A DNA stretch of 11,515 nt from an uncultured bacterium (GTDB taxonomy: Bacteria > Hydrogenedentota > Hydrogenedentia > Hydrogenedentales > JAEUWI01), in contig CAXBPH010000223.1 in assembly GCA_963977445.1 (NCBI GenBank), positions 1 to 11,515 of the forward strand. Reading direction: 5' to 3'. Of this stretch, positions 1-7,144 are shown piece after piece. The notes beneath the pieces were generated by a model that was not told the DNA's origin, ran no database searches, and worked only from the letters and a program-made list of their open reading frames with translations. Each line of letters begins with the position of its first letter. Positions within the stretch are counted from its first letter, which is position 1. The position numbers were made by a program, and so were the translations under genes.

Positions 1-8
1 CACGAGAT

Positions 9-52
9 CTCAGGGCGTTGCCCTGAGCTAGGCTGCGCTGGCCCTTCGGGCC
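9..52. repeat. REP-like double palindrome (probably part of a larger intergenic repeat extending left of the window)
   Basis: Two perfect hairpins: CTCAGGGC-GTT-GCCCTGAG (9-27) and GGCCC-TTC-GGGCC (40-52). The arrangement resembles the CAGGGCGTTGCCCTG...GCCCTTCGGGC type of dispersed intergenic palindromic repeat. Confidence 0.55.
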
Positions 53-183
53 GAATCAATAGCATCCACCGTGCGCCTGGGCCAAGCTCGGGTGCAGCGC
101 AAAACACAGACGTGCCCCGTAAATCGACGAAGAACTTTTGGGGGTATTCTACTTCAAAGCGTAGATGCCTTTTCCTATCCCGC

Positions 184-606
184 CTACAAGATTGAAGATC
201 CGAGGGTTTCTTCCACCTCATCCAGAATATCTTCACCGCGCCAGACCCATCTCAGGCCATCCACCACCCACTCATCGAGCTTGTGAACCATAGAGACCGG
301 CACCCCCATCTGCTTGGCGATATCGAGGATCGCCGACCGCTCCCTATCCGTAAACAAGCCATCCAGATGGGACAATCGCAGTAATTCCTGCATAACTATG
401 GCCCGCGAAACCATGGTGGCCAGCCGCGGAATGGTATCCTCTGGCGTGGCGTCCATTTGAAGATCATCTAAATCGACCTCTACCAGCGCAGCATAGTTCT
501 CAAGAATTTGCTGCTCAATATCGACCACCTTCCCATCCGCCTTCGCCATATACACCAGTAGCTCGAGCATGGCCCGTTGTTCGTCACTTGTCAGTCGTTC
601 CAGCAT
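184..606 (-). CDS. TerB-like (tellurite resistance TerB / DjlA N-terminal-like) helical protein, 140 aa
   Basis: Two internal TerB-type repeats: MAKADGKVVDIEQQIL and LSHLDGLFTDRERSAILDIAKQMGV (the [A/L]DG-x5-E pattern). SD-like AAGAGGAA lies 6 nt upstream of the ATG. Confidence 0.8.
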   Translation of the reverse strand: MLERLTSDEQRAMLELLVYMAKADGKVVDIEQQILENYAALVEVDLDDLQMDATPEDTIPRLATMVSRAIVMQELLRLSHLDGLFTDRERSAILDIAKQMGVPVSMVHKLDEWVVDGLRWVWRGEDILDEVEETLGSSIL

Positions 607-716
607 AGCCCGTTCCTCTTTTGTTCAATCATGGCGACCGAAAAAATTCGAATCCACCCCGAAAAGCGTAGCGCCCCGTTGGTCGCCCTACCTGAAATAT
701 CGTTACTGAACTTCGA

Positions 717-1139
717 CTACGGTAAAGTCCGATTGCGCAACACCTTGGACGCGCGGACGCCTATCACCATGACGGTCATGGTGGTCGCCCCGAGAAAAAC
801 CGCCATGCGCCGCACTTGGCCACTGCGCAGGCGACCTGTCTTGCAATAGGTCGCAAAATGCTCGCAGTTGTTGCGAAACATGCAGTAATCGCCGGCGTGA
901 AGTTGGTCTTCGGCGGCAATCAGGGTCTCGTCTATCGTCCGCAACCGACTACGGTGCTGGACGATACGCACGTGCCCACCCGCCCGAAAGATCTCCATCG
1001 TCGCCCGCTCCACACGACCCACCCCGCTCCGAAAGGGCTCCGCCGCAAAATGAATGACCGTGCCGTCCCCCATGTCGATACCGTGGTGACTATAGAGTCG
1101 CCCATATCGGTATACCTTAATGTGATCGCCGCGTGCCAT
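717..1139 (-). CDS. LRAT / NC-domain protein (permuted NlpC/P60 thiol acyltransferase/phospholipase family), 140 aa
   Basis: GDHI, YSHHGI (catalytic His), VIHF and NNCEHFATYCKTG (catalytic Cys) motifs, followed by a C-terminal hydrophobic segment (MAVFLGATTMTVMVIGV) and a basic tail. GGAGGT lies 13 nt upstream of the ATG. Confidence 0.9.
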   Translation of the reverse strand: MARGDHIKVYRYGRLYSHHGIDMGDGTVIHFAAEPFRSGVGRVERATMEIFRAGGHVRIVQHRSRLRTIDETLIAAEDQLHAGDYCMFRNNCEHFATYCKTGRLRSGQVRRMAVFLGATTMTVMVIGVRASKVLRNRTLP

Positions 1140-1281
1140 AATGTTTTGTCGTACCTCCAGTCTCTAACGGTACCATGAGAGCGCCGTTGAGCGCACCTAT
1201 TACCTGACCGCCGCAAAACATTCCCCCATCGCCATTGGGAAAATATGGACAGTCGATGGTACCATTGGGTATAGCTTAACC

Positions 1282-1944
1282 ATGCAGGAAGTATTTGTGA
1301 CAGAAGAACCCGATGACTATGAATGCCCGCCGGACAAGACGTGCATCAAATCCATGCTACACCGCGCCTTTGGCTTGTTCTGGGAACAGAAGGGCCTGCT
1401 GATAAGCGCCCATCTCATCCTGGTGGCCATTCTTCTCGGCGGGGACTACCTGCTCCGGGGTGTGGGCGGTAACGTGCTGCTGGGACCCTTCGTCCTGGGC
1501 ATGTATAAGATAAATCTGGCCATCGTCCGCAATAAGAACACCGATATCAGCGATATTCTGGCAGGTTTCGAGTATTTTCTGCCCGCATTTATTGCCAACA
1601 TCCTCATCCATCTAGCCACCTTCATCGGCACCTGGCTGCTGATAGTCCCGGGCCTCATCATATTCGTTACCTATGCGCCGACCTATCTCTTCATCCTGGA
1701 ACGCAATATGGGCTTCTGGGACGCTATGGAAGCGAGTCGGGCCATGGTCTGGGGCAACAAGAAACTATGGGTATCCCTGGGCCTTGCGCTGGTGGCCATC
1801 AATCTGTCGGGACTACTTTGTTTCGTCGTGGGGCTGATTGTGACCATCTCCTACACCCAGCTCCTCATCACCCTCGCCTATGAAACCGAGATCAACCGGG
1901 AAAAACCGTTGGTGCAATTGGAGCATGCGGAAATGACGGGCTGA
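1282..1944 (+). CDS. Multi-pass integral membrane protein of unknown function (DUF975/DUF2189-like)
   Basis: About 5 hydrophobic segments with family-like motifs LLGPFVLG, DILAGF, LLIVPGL and MGFWDAMEAS. ATG 1282 has no SD; in-frame GTG 1297 is preceded by AGGAAG and may be the real start. The family assignment is from recalled pattern only. Confidence 0.8.
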   Translation: MQEVFVTEEPDDYECPPDKTCIKSMLHRAFGLFWEQKGLLISAHLILVAILLGGDYLLRGVGGNVLLGPFVLGMYKINLAIVRNKNTDISDILAGFEYFLPAFIANILIHLATFIGTWLLIVPGLIIFVTYAPTYLFILERNMGFWDAMEASRAMVWGNKKLWVSLGLALVAINLSGLLCFVVGLIVTISYTQLLITLAYETEINREKPLVQLEHAEMTG

Positions 1945-2238
1945 TGCCCAATTCGCGGTTGGGTACCGTTGAGACAGAATCCGTAGAGATTCATCTCGGA
2001 CATTCTCCAGGACAATCGGTTGCCAGCGTCGAAAACGCGAACTTGAGTACGCAGGTCTCGGACGCGCCGATGGAGGGCTCCTCGTCTCCATTACGTCGAA
2101 GACGTAAAACAACGTGCCTTCGGCCCGGGGCAGGCGGGCCGCCTGCGCTCCCAATTGTCAAAGACTACTGTAAACGATAGTGACCTGGCCGCCGATACGA
2201 GTCCCCGCGGGGCGACATAGGGCGCGAATCAGGCCCCA

Positions 2239-2817
2239 CTAAATCAGTTCGTCGATTACCTGCCACAAATCTTTGAGCCCATCACGGGTCACACCACTGA
2301 AGGGCACGACGGCTTCCCGGGCAACCCCGAGGGTCTTGCTGATCGTGTTGAGGGACGCCTCCCGCTGTGAGCGCTTCAATTTGTCAACTTTGGTGGCCAC
2401 GATCAAGGTAGGCACCTCGGCCTCGGCCAGGATGTGCAGCATATCCAAATCCAGCGGCGAAGGCGTATGGCGGGAGTCAACGAGGACAAACACCAGCTTG
2501 AGAGGCTCCCGGTCGCTGAGGTAGGCCACCATGACTTTGTTCCACGTGTCTTTCATGGCTTTGGGGACTTTGGCGAAACCATAGCCCGGCAAGTCGACAA
2601 AATAAACCTTTTCGTTTATGTCGAAAAAGTTGATGGTCTGGGTCTTCCCCGGCGTGCCACTGGTTTTCGCCAGGCCCTTTCGACTCAGCAGCGTGTTCAG
2701 CAACGTCGATTTACCCACGTTGGAACGCCCCACAAAGGCGAATTCTGGCCGACGGTCACGGGGATAGTGGTCGGGGTCCAACGCACTTAATACAAATTTT
2801 GTTGACTTGATCTGCAC
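2239..2817 (-). CDS. engB: Ribosome biogenesis GTP-binding protein EngB/YihA/YsxC
   Basis: G1 GRSNVGKS, TSGTPGKT, G3 DLPGYG and G4 TKVDK motifs; usual position after lon. Start placed at GTG 2817 (MQIKSTKFVLSA, a typical EngB N-terminus) with AAGGAG 6 nt upstream, rather than ATG 2832. Confidence 0.96.
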   Translation of the reverse strand: MQIKSTKFVLSALDPDHYPRDRRPEFAFVGRSNVGKSTLLNTLLSRKGLAKTSGTPGKTQTINFFDINEKVYFVDLPGYGFAKVPKAMKDTWNKVMVAYLSDREPLKLVFVLVDSRHTPSPLDLDMLHILAEAEVPTLIVATKVDKLKRSQREASLNTISKTLGVAREAVVPFSGVTRDGLKDLWQVIDELI

Positions 2818-2908
2818 AACGTACTCCTTCATCTACTCCGTAGATTGCCGTATCAGGGGCTGTTGATTTACTCAACGCCGCACACCCCCCGGAATGCAAT
2901 GCGTATTC

Positions 2909-3048
2909 GCCATCTCCGCGAAGGCGGAGATCCAGGAACGCGAACGTGCAATCATGGGCGGCATGTCATTCCCGCGCACGCGGGAATCCAGAGGGTATCA
3001 TCAGGTTCTGTACTCGCGATACTGAATCCCCGCGTTCGCGAGGATGAC
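2909..3048. repeat. Cluster of three 27-bp CGTC-type REP-like palindromic repeats (dRS3-like ATTCCC-N8-GGGAAT core)
   Basis: 2909-2935 (+) GCCATCTCCGCGAAGGCGGAGATCCAG; 2965-2991 (+) GTCATTCCCGCGCACGCGGGAATCCAG; 3022-3048 (-) GTCATCCTCGCGAACGCGGGGATTCAG. Each is an 8-bp stem with a 4-nt loop; copies 2 and 3 form an inverted pair. Confidence 0.85.
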
Positions 3049-3070
3049 GGCCTTCGTATTCTTAAATCCT

Positions 3071-3086
3071 TACTCCACGTGAAACA
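3071..3086. promoter_or_regulatory. parS-like ParB binding site
   Basis: TACTCCACGTGAAACA matches 14/16 of the parS palindrome TGTT(T/C)CACGTGAAACA, with one perfect half-site; it is intergenic. Confidence 0.45.
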
Positions 3087-3110
3087 ATTCAACGGCCCCA
3101 TGGGCGGCGC

Positions 3111-5462
3111 TCAGGATTTCTTCCGGCCGAAAGCCACTTTGAGCACGTCGTCAACCGTCTCAACCAGTATAATTTTCAAATCTGACCGCACATCCTCAGG
3201 GATATCGGACAGGTCTTTTTCATTTTCGCTGGGCAGCATGATGGTCTTGATGCCCGCACGGTGGGCGGCCAGTAGTTTCTCTTTTATTCCACCCACCGGC
3301 AGCACCCGACCCAGAAGGGTAATTTCGCCGGTCATGGAAAGTGCCGCTGCTGGTGCCTTATCCCGCAGGGCCGAAAGGATCGACACAATGAGTGCCGTGC
3401 CTGCTGATGGCCCGTCTTTGGGCACCGCCCCTTCGGCAACGTGCACGTGGAGATCAAGATTCTTATAAAAGTCTACGGGTACCTTCAAGGCTTTCGCGTT
3501 GGCCCGAATATAGGTGTAGGCCGCCTCCGCAGATTCTTTCATCACATCGCCCAGTTGCCCGGTAAGAGAAAGCTTACCCTTCCCCTCCATCACGCTGGTT
3601 TCGATATAAAGTATGTCTCCGCCGACCTGGGTCCACGCCATGCCGATGGCAATACCGGGTTGGGGCTGTTCAACCGCGCGAAGTCCGCTGTAGATAGGCG
3701 GCCCGAGCAGGGACATCACCTTGGCTTCGTCCAGGGTAATCAATGCCTCGTGGGTATTCTCCACCACACTACGCACCACTTTCCGGAGGACGTGGGCAAT
3801 CTGACGCTCCAATTCACGAACGCCTGCTTCACGGGTATACCGTTGTATCAGCACCGAAATACCATCGGGAGCAAAAACGGCATGACTCTCGCTCAACCCG
3901 CAATCTTCCATCATGCGGGGCACGAGGAAGAGTTTGGCGATCTGTTCTTTTTCCCGAATGGTGTAACCAGAAAGGCGAACCACTTCCATACGATCTTGCA
4001 GGGGCTCGGGAATGTCATATTCGTTATTCGCCGTGGCGATAAAAAACACCTCGGAAAGATCGAAAGGAACTTCCAGATAGTGATCGCTGAAATCTTTGTT
4101 TTGCGCGGGGTCCAACACTTCCAACAAGGCCGAAGAGGGGTCGCCACGAAAATCATTGCTCATCTTGTCGACTTCATCCAGAAGAAAAACGGGATTCTTC
4201 ACACCCGATTTCTTGATGCTCTGGAGAATGCGCCCCGGCATGGCCCCGATGTAGGTCCGTCGATGGCCTCGAATTTCTGCTTCGTCGCGCACGCCACCCA
4301 GGGAAGCCCGGATGAATTTTCGTTTCATGGCCCGGGCAATGGAATTACCCAGCGACGTTTTACCCACGCCGGGAGGGCCCACGAGACATAGAATGGGGCC
4401 GCGCGTCGATTTACTGAGCTTACGCACCGCCAGATATTCCAGTATCCGGTCTTTGACCTTCTCGAGGCCGAAGTGATCTTCGTCGAGAACGGCCTGGGCC
4501 TTATCCAATTCGAGCAGGTCCTTGGAGCGTTTGGCCCAGGGCATATCGCATAACCATTCGAGATAGCTGCGAATAACGGCACCTTCAGGACTCAACATGG
4601 GCATACGTTCATAGCGCGCAAACTCACGCTCCGCCTTCTGACGCACTTCCTTGGGCATACGAGCCTTCGCGATCAAGTTGCGCATCTCGCTGAATTCGTC
4701 GCCGTCTTCCCGATTGCCCAACTCCTGATGAATCACCTTGAGCTGCTCGTGGAGGTAATGCTCCCGTTGCCCCCGCTCCATCTGCTCCCGCACCCGGTCG
4801 CGCACATTGTGCTCCATACGGATAAGTTCGTTTTCCCGCATAAGGAGACCCGTCATGCGCTCCAGCCGCTCACCCAGATGAACCAACTCAACCAGCTCCT
4901 GGCGCTCATCTACCCCAATGGGCAAATAGGCGCACACCGAGTCGGCCACCAGTTCGGCGTCGTCCATACTCTGGATAGACATGAGAATTTCTGGCGCGAC
5001 CCGTTGCGAAAGTTGGACATACTCCTGAAACTGAGCCAACACGGTTCGCATGAGCGCATCGGCATCTTCGGAGCCATCCGATTCGGTATCCAGTTCCTGG
5101 ACCTGCACCTCGGAAGCCGAATCATCATCTTCCCCCAGAAAAAAGCGCGTAACCTGACCACGTCCAAGCCCTTCGACGACCACTTTCATCGTGCCGTCGG
5201 GCATGCGCAGCGATTGCAGAATCGTAGCCGCCACTCCAACGGTATATAACCCATCCTCTTCCGGATTCTCTTCGGAGGGATCGCGCTGGGTACACAGGAA
5301 TAGAGGCTGATTCTTCGCCAGACTGGCTTCCACCGCGGCAAGGGATGCGGGGCGACCGACCAGGAGAGGTACTATCATGCGCGGGAAAACCACGGCATCT
5401 TTCAGCGGCAGCAGATAGAGACGCAAACTGGTGTCTTCTACAACACGTTTTCTGGCTGACAT
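3111..5462 (-). CDS. lon: ATP-dependent Lon protease (endopeptidase La)
   Basis: LON N-domain (LPLKDAVVFP), Walker A GPPGVGKTS, RGHRRTYIGAMPG, Walker B LLDEVDK, catalytic PKDGPSAG and GGIKEK. Start placed at ATG 5462 with GGAGAG upstream; the track's TTG 5480 is the alternative. Confidence 0.98.
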   Translation of the reverse strand: MSARKRVVEDTSLRLYLLPLKDAVVFPRMIVPLLVGRPASLAAVEASLAKNQPLFLCTQRDPSEENPEEDGLYTVGVAATILQSLRMPDGTMKVVVEGLGRGQVTRFFLGEDDDSASEVQVQELDTESDGSEDADALMRTVLAQFQEYVQLSQRVAPEILMSIQSMDDAELVADSVCAYLPIGVDERQELVELVHLGERLERMTGLLMRENELIRMEHNVRDRVREQMERGQREHYLHEQLKVIHQELGNREDGDEFSEMRNLIAKARMPKEVRQKAEREFARYERMPMLSPEGAVIRSYLEWLCDMPWAKRSKDLLELDKAQAVLDEDHFGLEKVKDRILEYLAVRKLSKSTRGPILCLVGPPGVGKTSLGNSIARAMKRKFIRASLGGVRDEAEIRGHRRTYIGAMPGRILQSIKKSGVKNPVFLLDEVDKMSNDFRGDPSSALLEVLDPAQNKDFSDHYLEVPFDLSEVFFIATANNEYDIPEPLQDRMEVVRLSGYTIREKEQIAKLFLVPRMMEDCGLSESHAVFAPDGISVLIQRYTREAGVRELERQIAHVLRKVVRSVVENTHEALITLDEAKVMSLLGPPIYSGLRAVEQPQPGIAIGMAWTQVGGDILYIETSVMEGKGKLSLTGQLGDVMKESAEAAYTYIRANAKALKVPVDFYKNLDLHVHVAEGAVPKDGPSAGTALIVSILSALRDKAPAAALSMTGEITLLGRVLPVGGIKEKLLAAHRAGIKTIMLPSENEKDLSDIPEDVRSDLKIILVETVDDVLKVAFGRKKS

Positions 5463-5587
5463 AACTAACGAACTCTCCAATCAATCTAAACGCGTCCCGG
5501 ACTTCGCCCACTGGATGAAGTTCGTCGGGGCCCGGTCGACGTTGTCGCATAAAATTTATTTTGAGGGGACCCAAGGTGCGACCGTAG

Positions 5588-5617
5588 AGTATAGCCTTTG
5601 GCGCATCATACAGGCAA
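5588..5617 (-). promoter_or_regulatory. Putative sigma70 promoter of lon
   Basis: TTGCCT (5617-5612) - 18 nt - TATACT (5593-5588). The -35 element overlaps the T-tract of the clpX terminator. Confidence 0.5.
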
Positions 5618-5652
5618 AAGGGCCGGACATCCATCAGGTGGATGTCCGGCCC
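5616..5652 (-). terminator. Intrinsic terminator after clpX
   Basis: Perfect 14-bp stem GGGCCGGACATCCA/TGGATGTCCGGCCC with a 5-nt loop, followed by TTTT on the minus strand, 21 nt after the clpX stop. Confidence 0.8.
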
Positions 5653-5673
5653 GGAATCGTTTACAGGTCTGGG

Positions 5674-6957
5674 TTACGCGGAAGCAGAGCTGGCGTCGTT
5701 GCCACTCTGTTTGGCGCTTTCCTTCTCGTGTTTATAGACGAGCAGGGGCTCTTCTTTCTTGGTGATGACGCCGGGCGTAATCACGCACTCCACCACGTCT
5801 TCACGGGATGGAATTTCATACATCACGCCCAACATGGCCTCTTCCAGGATGCTGCGCAAACCGCGGGCACCGGTGTCTCGCTTGATGGCACTTTCGGCCA
5901 CCATGGCGATGGTCTCGTCGGGAAAACGAAGTACCACATTTTCCAATTCGAAGAGCTTTTCATACTGGCGCACCAGGGCATTGTTGGGCTCTATCAGAAT
6001 GCGTATCAGTTCTTCTCTGCTGAGTTCCGACAAGGAAGCCGTGATGGGAAGACGACCACTGAACTCGGGAATCATCCCGTACTTGATCAGGTCTTCCGGC
6101 TTCACTTCTGACAGCAAGGCACCCAGATTCATTTCTTTCTTCGAGCGGACATCGGCGTTAAAGCCGATGACCTTCTGACCAATTCGCTTCTGAATGATCA
6201 GATCGAGGCCATTGAAGGCACCACCGCAAATAAACAGGATATTCCGGGTGTGAACCTGGATGCACTCCTGCTGGGGATGCTTACGTCCACCTTGGGGCGG
6301 CACGCTGGCCGATGTGCCTTCCAGGAGCTTCAACAGGGCCTGCTGAACGCCTTCGCCGGACACATCACGGGTTATGGAGGGGCTGTCGCTCTTGCGGGCA
6401 ACCTTGTCGATTTCGTCGATGTAGACGATACCGGTCTCCGCACGGGCCGCATCAAAATCCGCCGCCTGAAGGAGCTTGAGGATGACATTCTCTACGTCAT
6501 CGCCCACATAGCCCGCTTCGGTCAGCGTCGTGGCATCTACGACCGCAAAGGGCACATCAAGGAGACGGGCCAGCGATTCGGCCAGCAGCGTCTTACCGCA
6601 ACCCGACGGGCCAATAAGCAGCACGTTGGACTTCTGAATCTCTACCCCGTCGATTTCGCCGCCGGAGGATATTCGCTTGTAGTGGTTATGTACCGCCACC
6701 GACAGGACTTTTTTGGCATGGTCCTGCCCAATGACGTATTGATCGAGAAATCCCTTGATCTCTTTTGGGGGTGGTACCTTCATGGAGCGGGAAGTTCCCT
6801 TGCGGGCCCGCTCTTCGGCAACAATTTCGCCACAGAGGTTGACACACTCGTCGCAGATATTGACGTCAGGACCTGCGATTAGCTTGTTTACCTCATCGTG
6901 GCGCTTTCCACAAAAGGAGCACGTGGGAACATCAGTTCGATTACGTTGGGTTGCCAT
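5674..6957 (-). CDS. clpX: ATP-dependent Clp protease ATP-binding subunit ClpX
   Basis: C4 zinc finger CSFCGK...ICDECV, Walker [13 protein letters not shown] pore loop, Walker [20 protein letters not shown] loop and IGF loop. SD AGGAGA. Confidence 0.99.
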   Translation of the reverse strand: MATQRNRTDVPTCSFCGKRHDEVNKLIAGPDVNICDECVNLCGEIVAEERARKGTSRSMKVPPPKEIKGFLDQYVIGQDHAKKVLSVAVHNHYKRISSGGEIDGVEIQKSNVLLIGPSGCGKTLLAESLARLLDVPFAVVDATTLTEAGYVGDDVENVILKLLQAADFDAARAETGIVYIDEIDKVARKSDSPSITRDVSGEGVQQALLKLLEGTSASVPPQGGRKHPQQECIQVHTRNILFICGGAFNGLDLIIQKRIGQKVIGFNADVRSKKEMNLGALLSEVKPEDLIKYGMIPEFSGRLPITASLSELSREELIRILIEPNNALVRQYEKLFELENVVLRFPDETIAMVAESAIKRDTGARGLRSILEEAMLGVMYEIPSREDVVECVITPGVITKKEEPLLVYKHEKESAKQSGNDASSASA

Positions 6958-6993
6958 ACGACTCTCCTGCGCTTAAAAGGTCTCTGGATAGGA

Positions 6994-7022
6994 AATTTAA
7001 CATTTATCCTCCTATCTGTCAA
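6994..7022 (-). promoter_or_regulatory. Putative sigma70 promoter of clpX (proximal)
   Basis: TTGACA (7022-7017) - 17 nt - TAAATT (6999-6994) with an extended -10 TG. Confidence 0.7.
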
Positions 7023-7068
7023 GAGATTACCTATGGGATTCGTCTGGTCCTATTACAGACTCACTACC

Positions 7069-7098
7069 ATTCTGCCAATTGAAGGGGACGTTGGTCAA
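7069..7098 (-). promoter_or_regulatory. Putative second (distal) promoter of clpX
   Basis: TTGACC (7098-7093) - 18 nt - CAGAAT (7074-7069) with an extended -10 TG. Confidence 0.4.
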
Positions 7099-7144
7099 GT
7101 TCTGCGCCAAAAAATCGCCGATCTCATTCACCGTGTGCCCCAAC

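Noticed and set aside
633..691. GGCGACC/GGTCGCC inverted repeat and GTAG...CTAC between LRAT and TerB-like genes
   Set aside because: Short arms and a long loop; not distinguishable from chance and not a convincing GTAG-type REP.
2156..2161. Perfect TTGACA on the minus strand as a -35 element
   Set aside because: No -10-like hexamer at 16-18 nt; the sequence there is GC-rich.
2157..2184. Group I intron R/S-like words (TCAAAGACTA...GATAGT)
   Set aside because: Too close together, no interrupted gene and no other core elements; explained as a local hairpin.
2831..2845. Hairpin ATCTAC-GGA-GTAGAT covering ATG 2832 of engB as a translational switch
   Set aside because: Only 6 bp and weak; the better-supported start is GTG 2817, whose SD lies outside the hairpin.
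2909..3048. Possible mini-CRISPR array (27-nt repeats, ~30-nt spacers)
   Set aside because: The third unit is inverted, the repeats diverge with compensatory changes, and there are no cas genes or leader; it fits REP-type repeats.
2845..3468. 207-aa + strand ORF
   Set aside because: Reads through the REP-like repeats and antisense lon; not protein-like.
3441..6882. Long + strand ORFs (316, 173, 226, 139 and 210 aa) opposite lon and clpX
   Set aside because: Antisense to highly conserved genes; expected from codon bias in a GC-rich genome.
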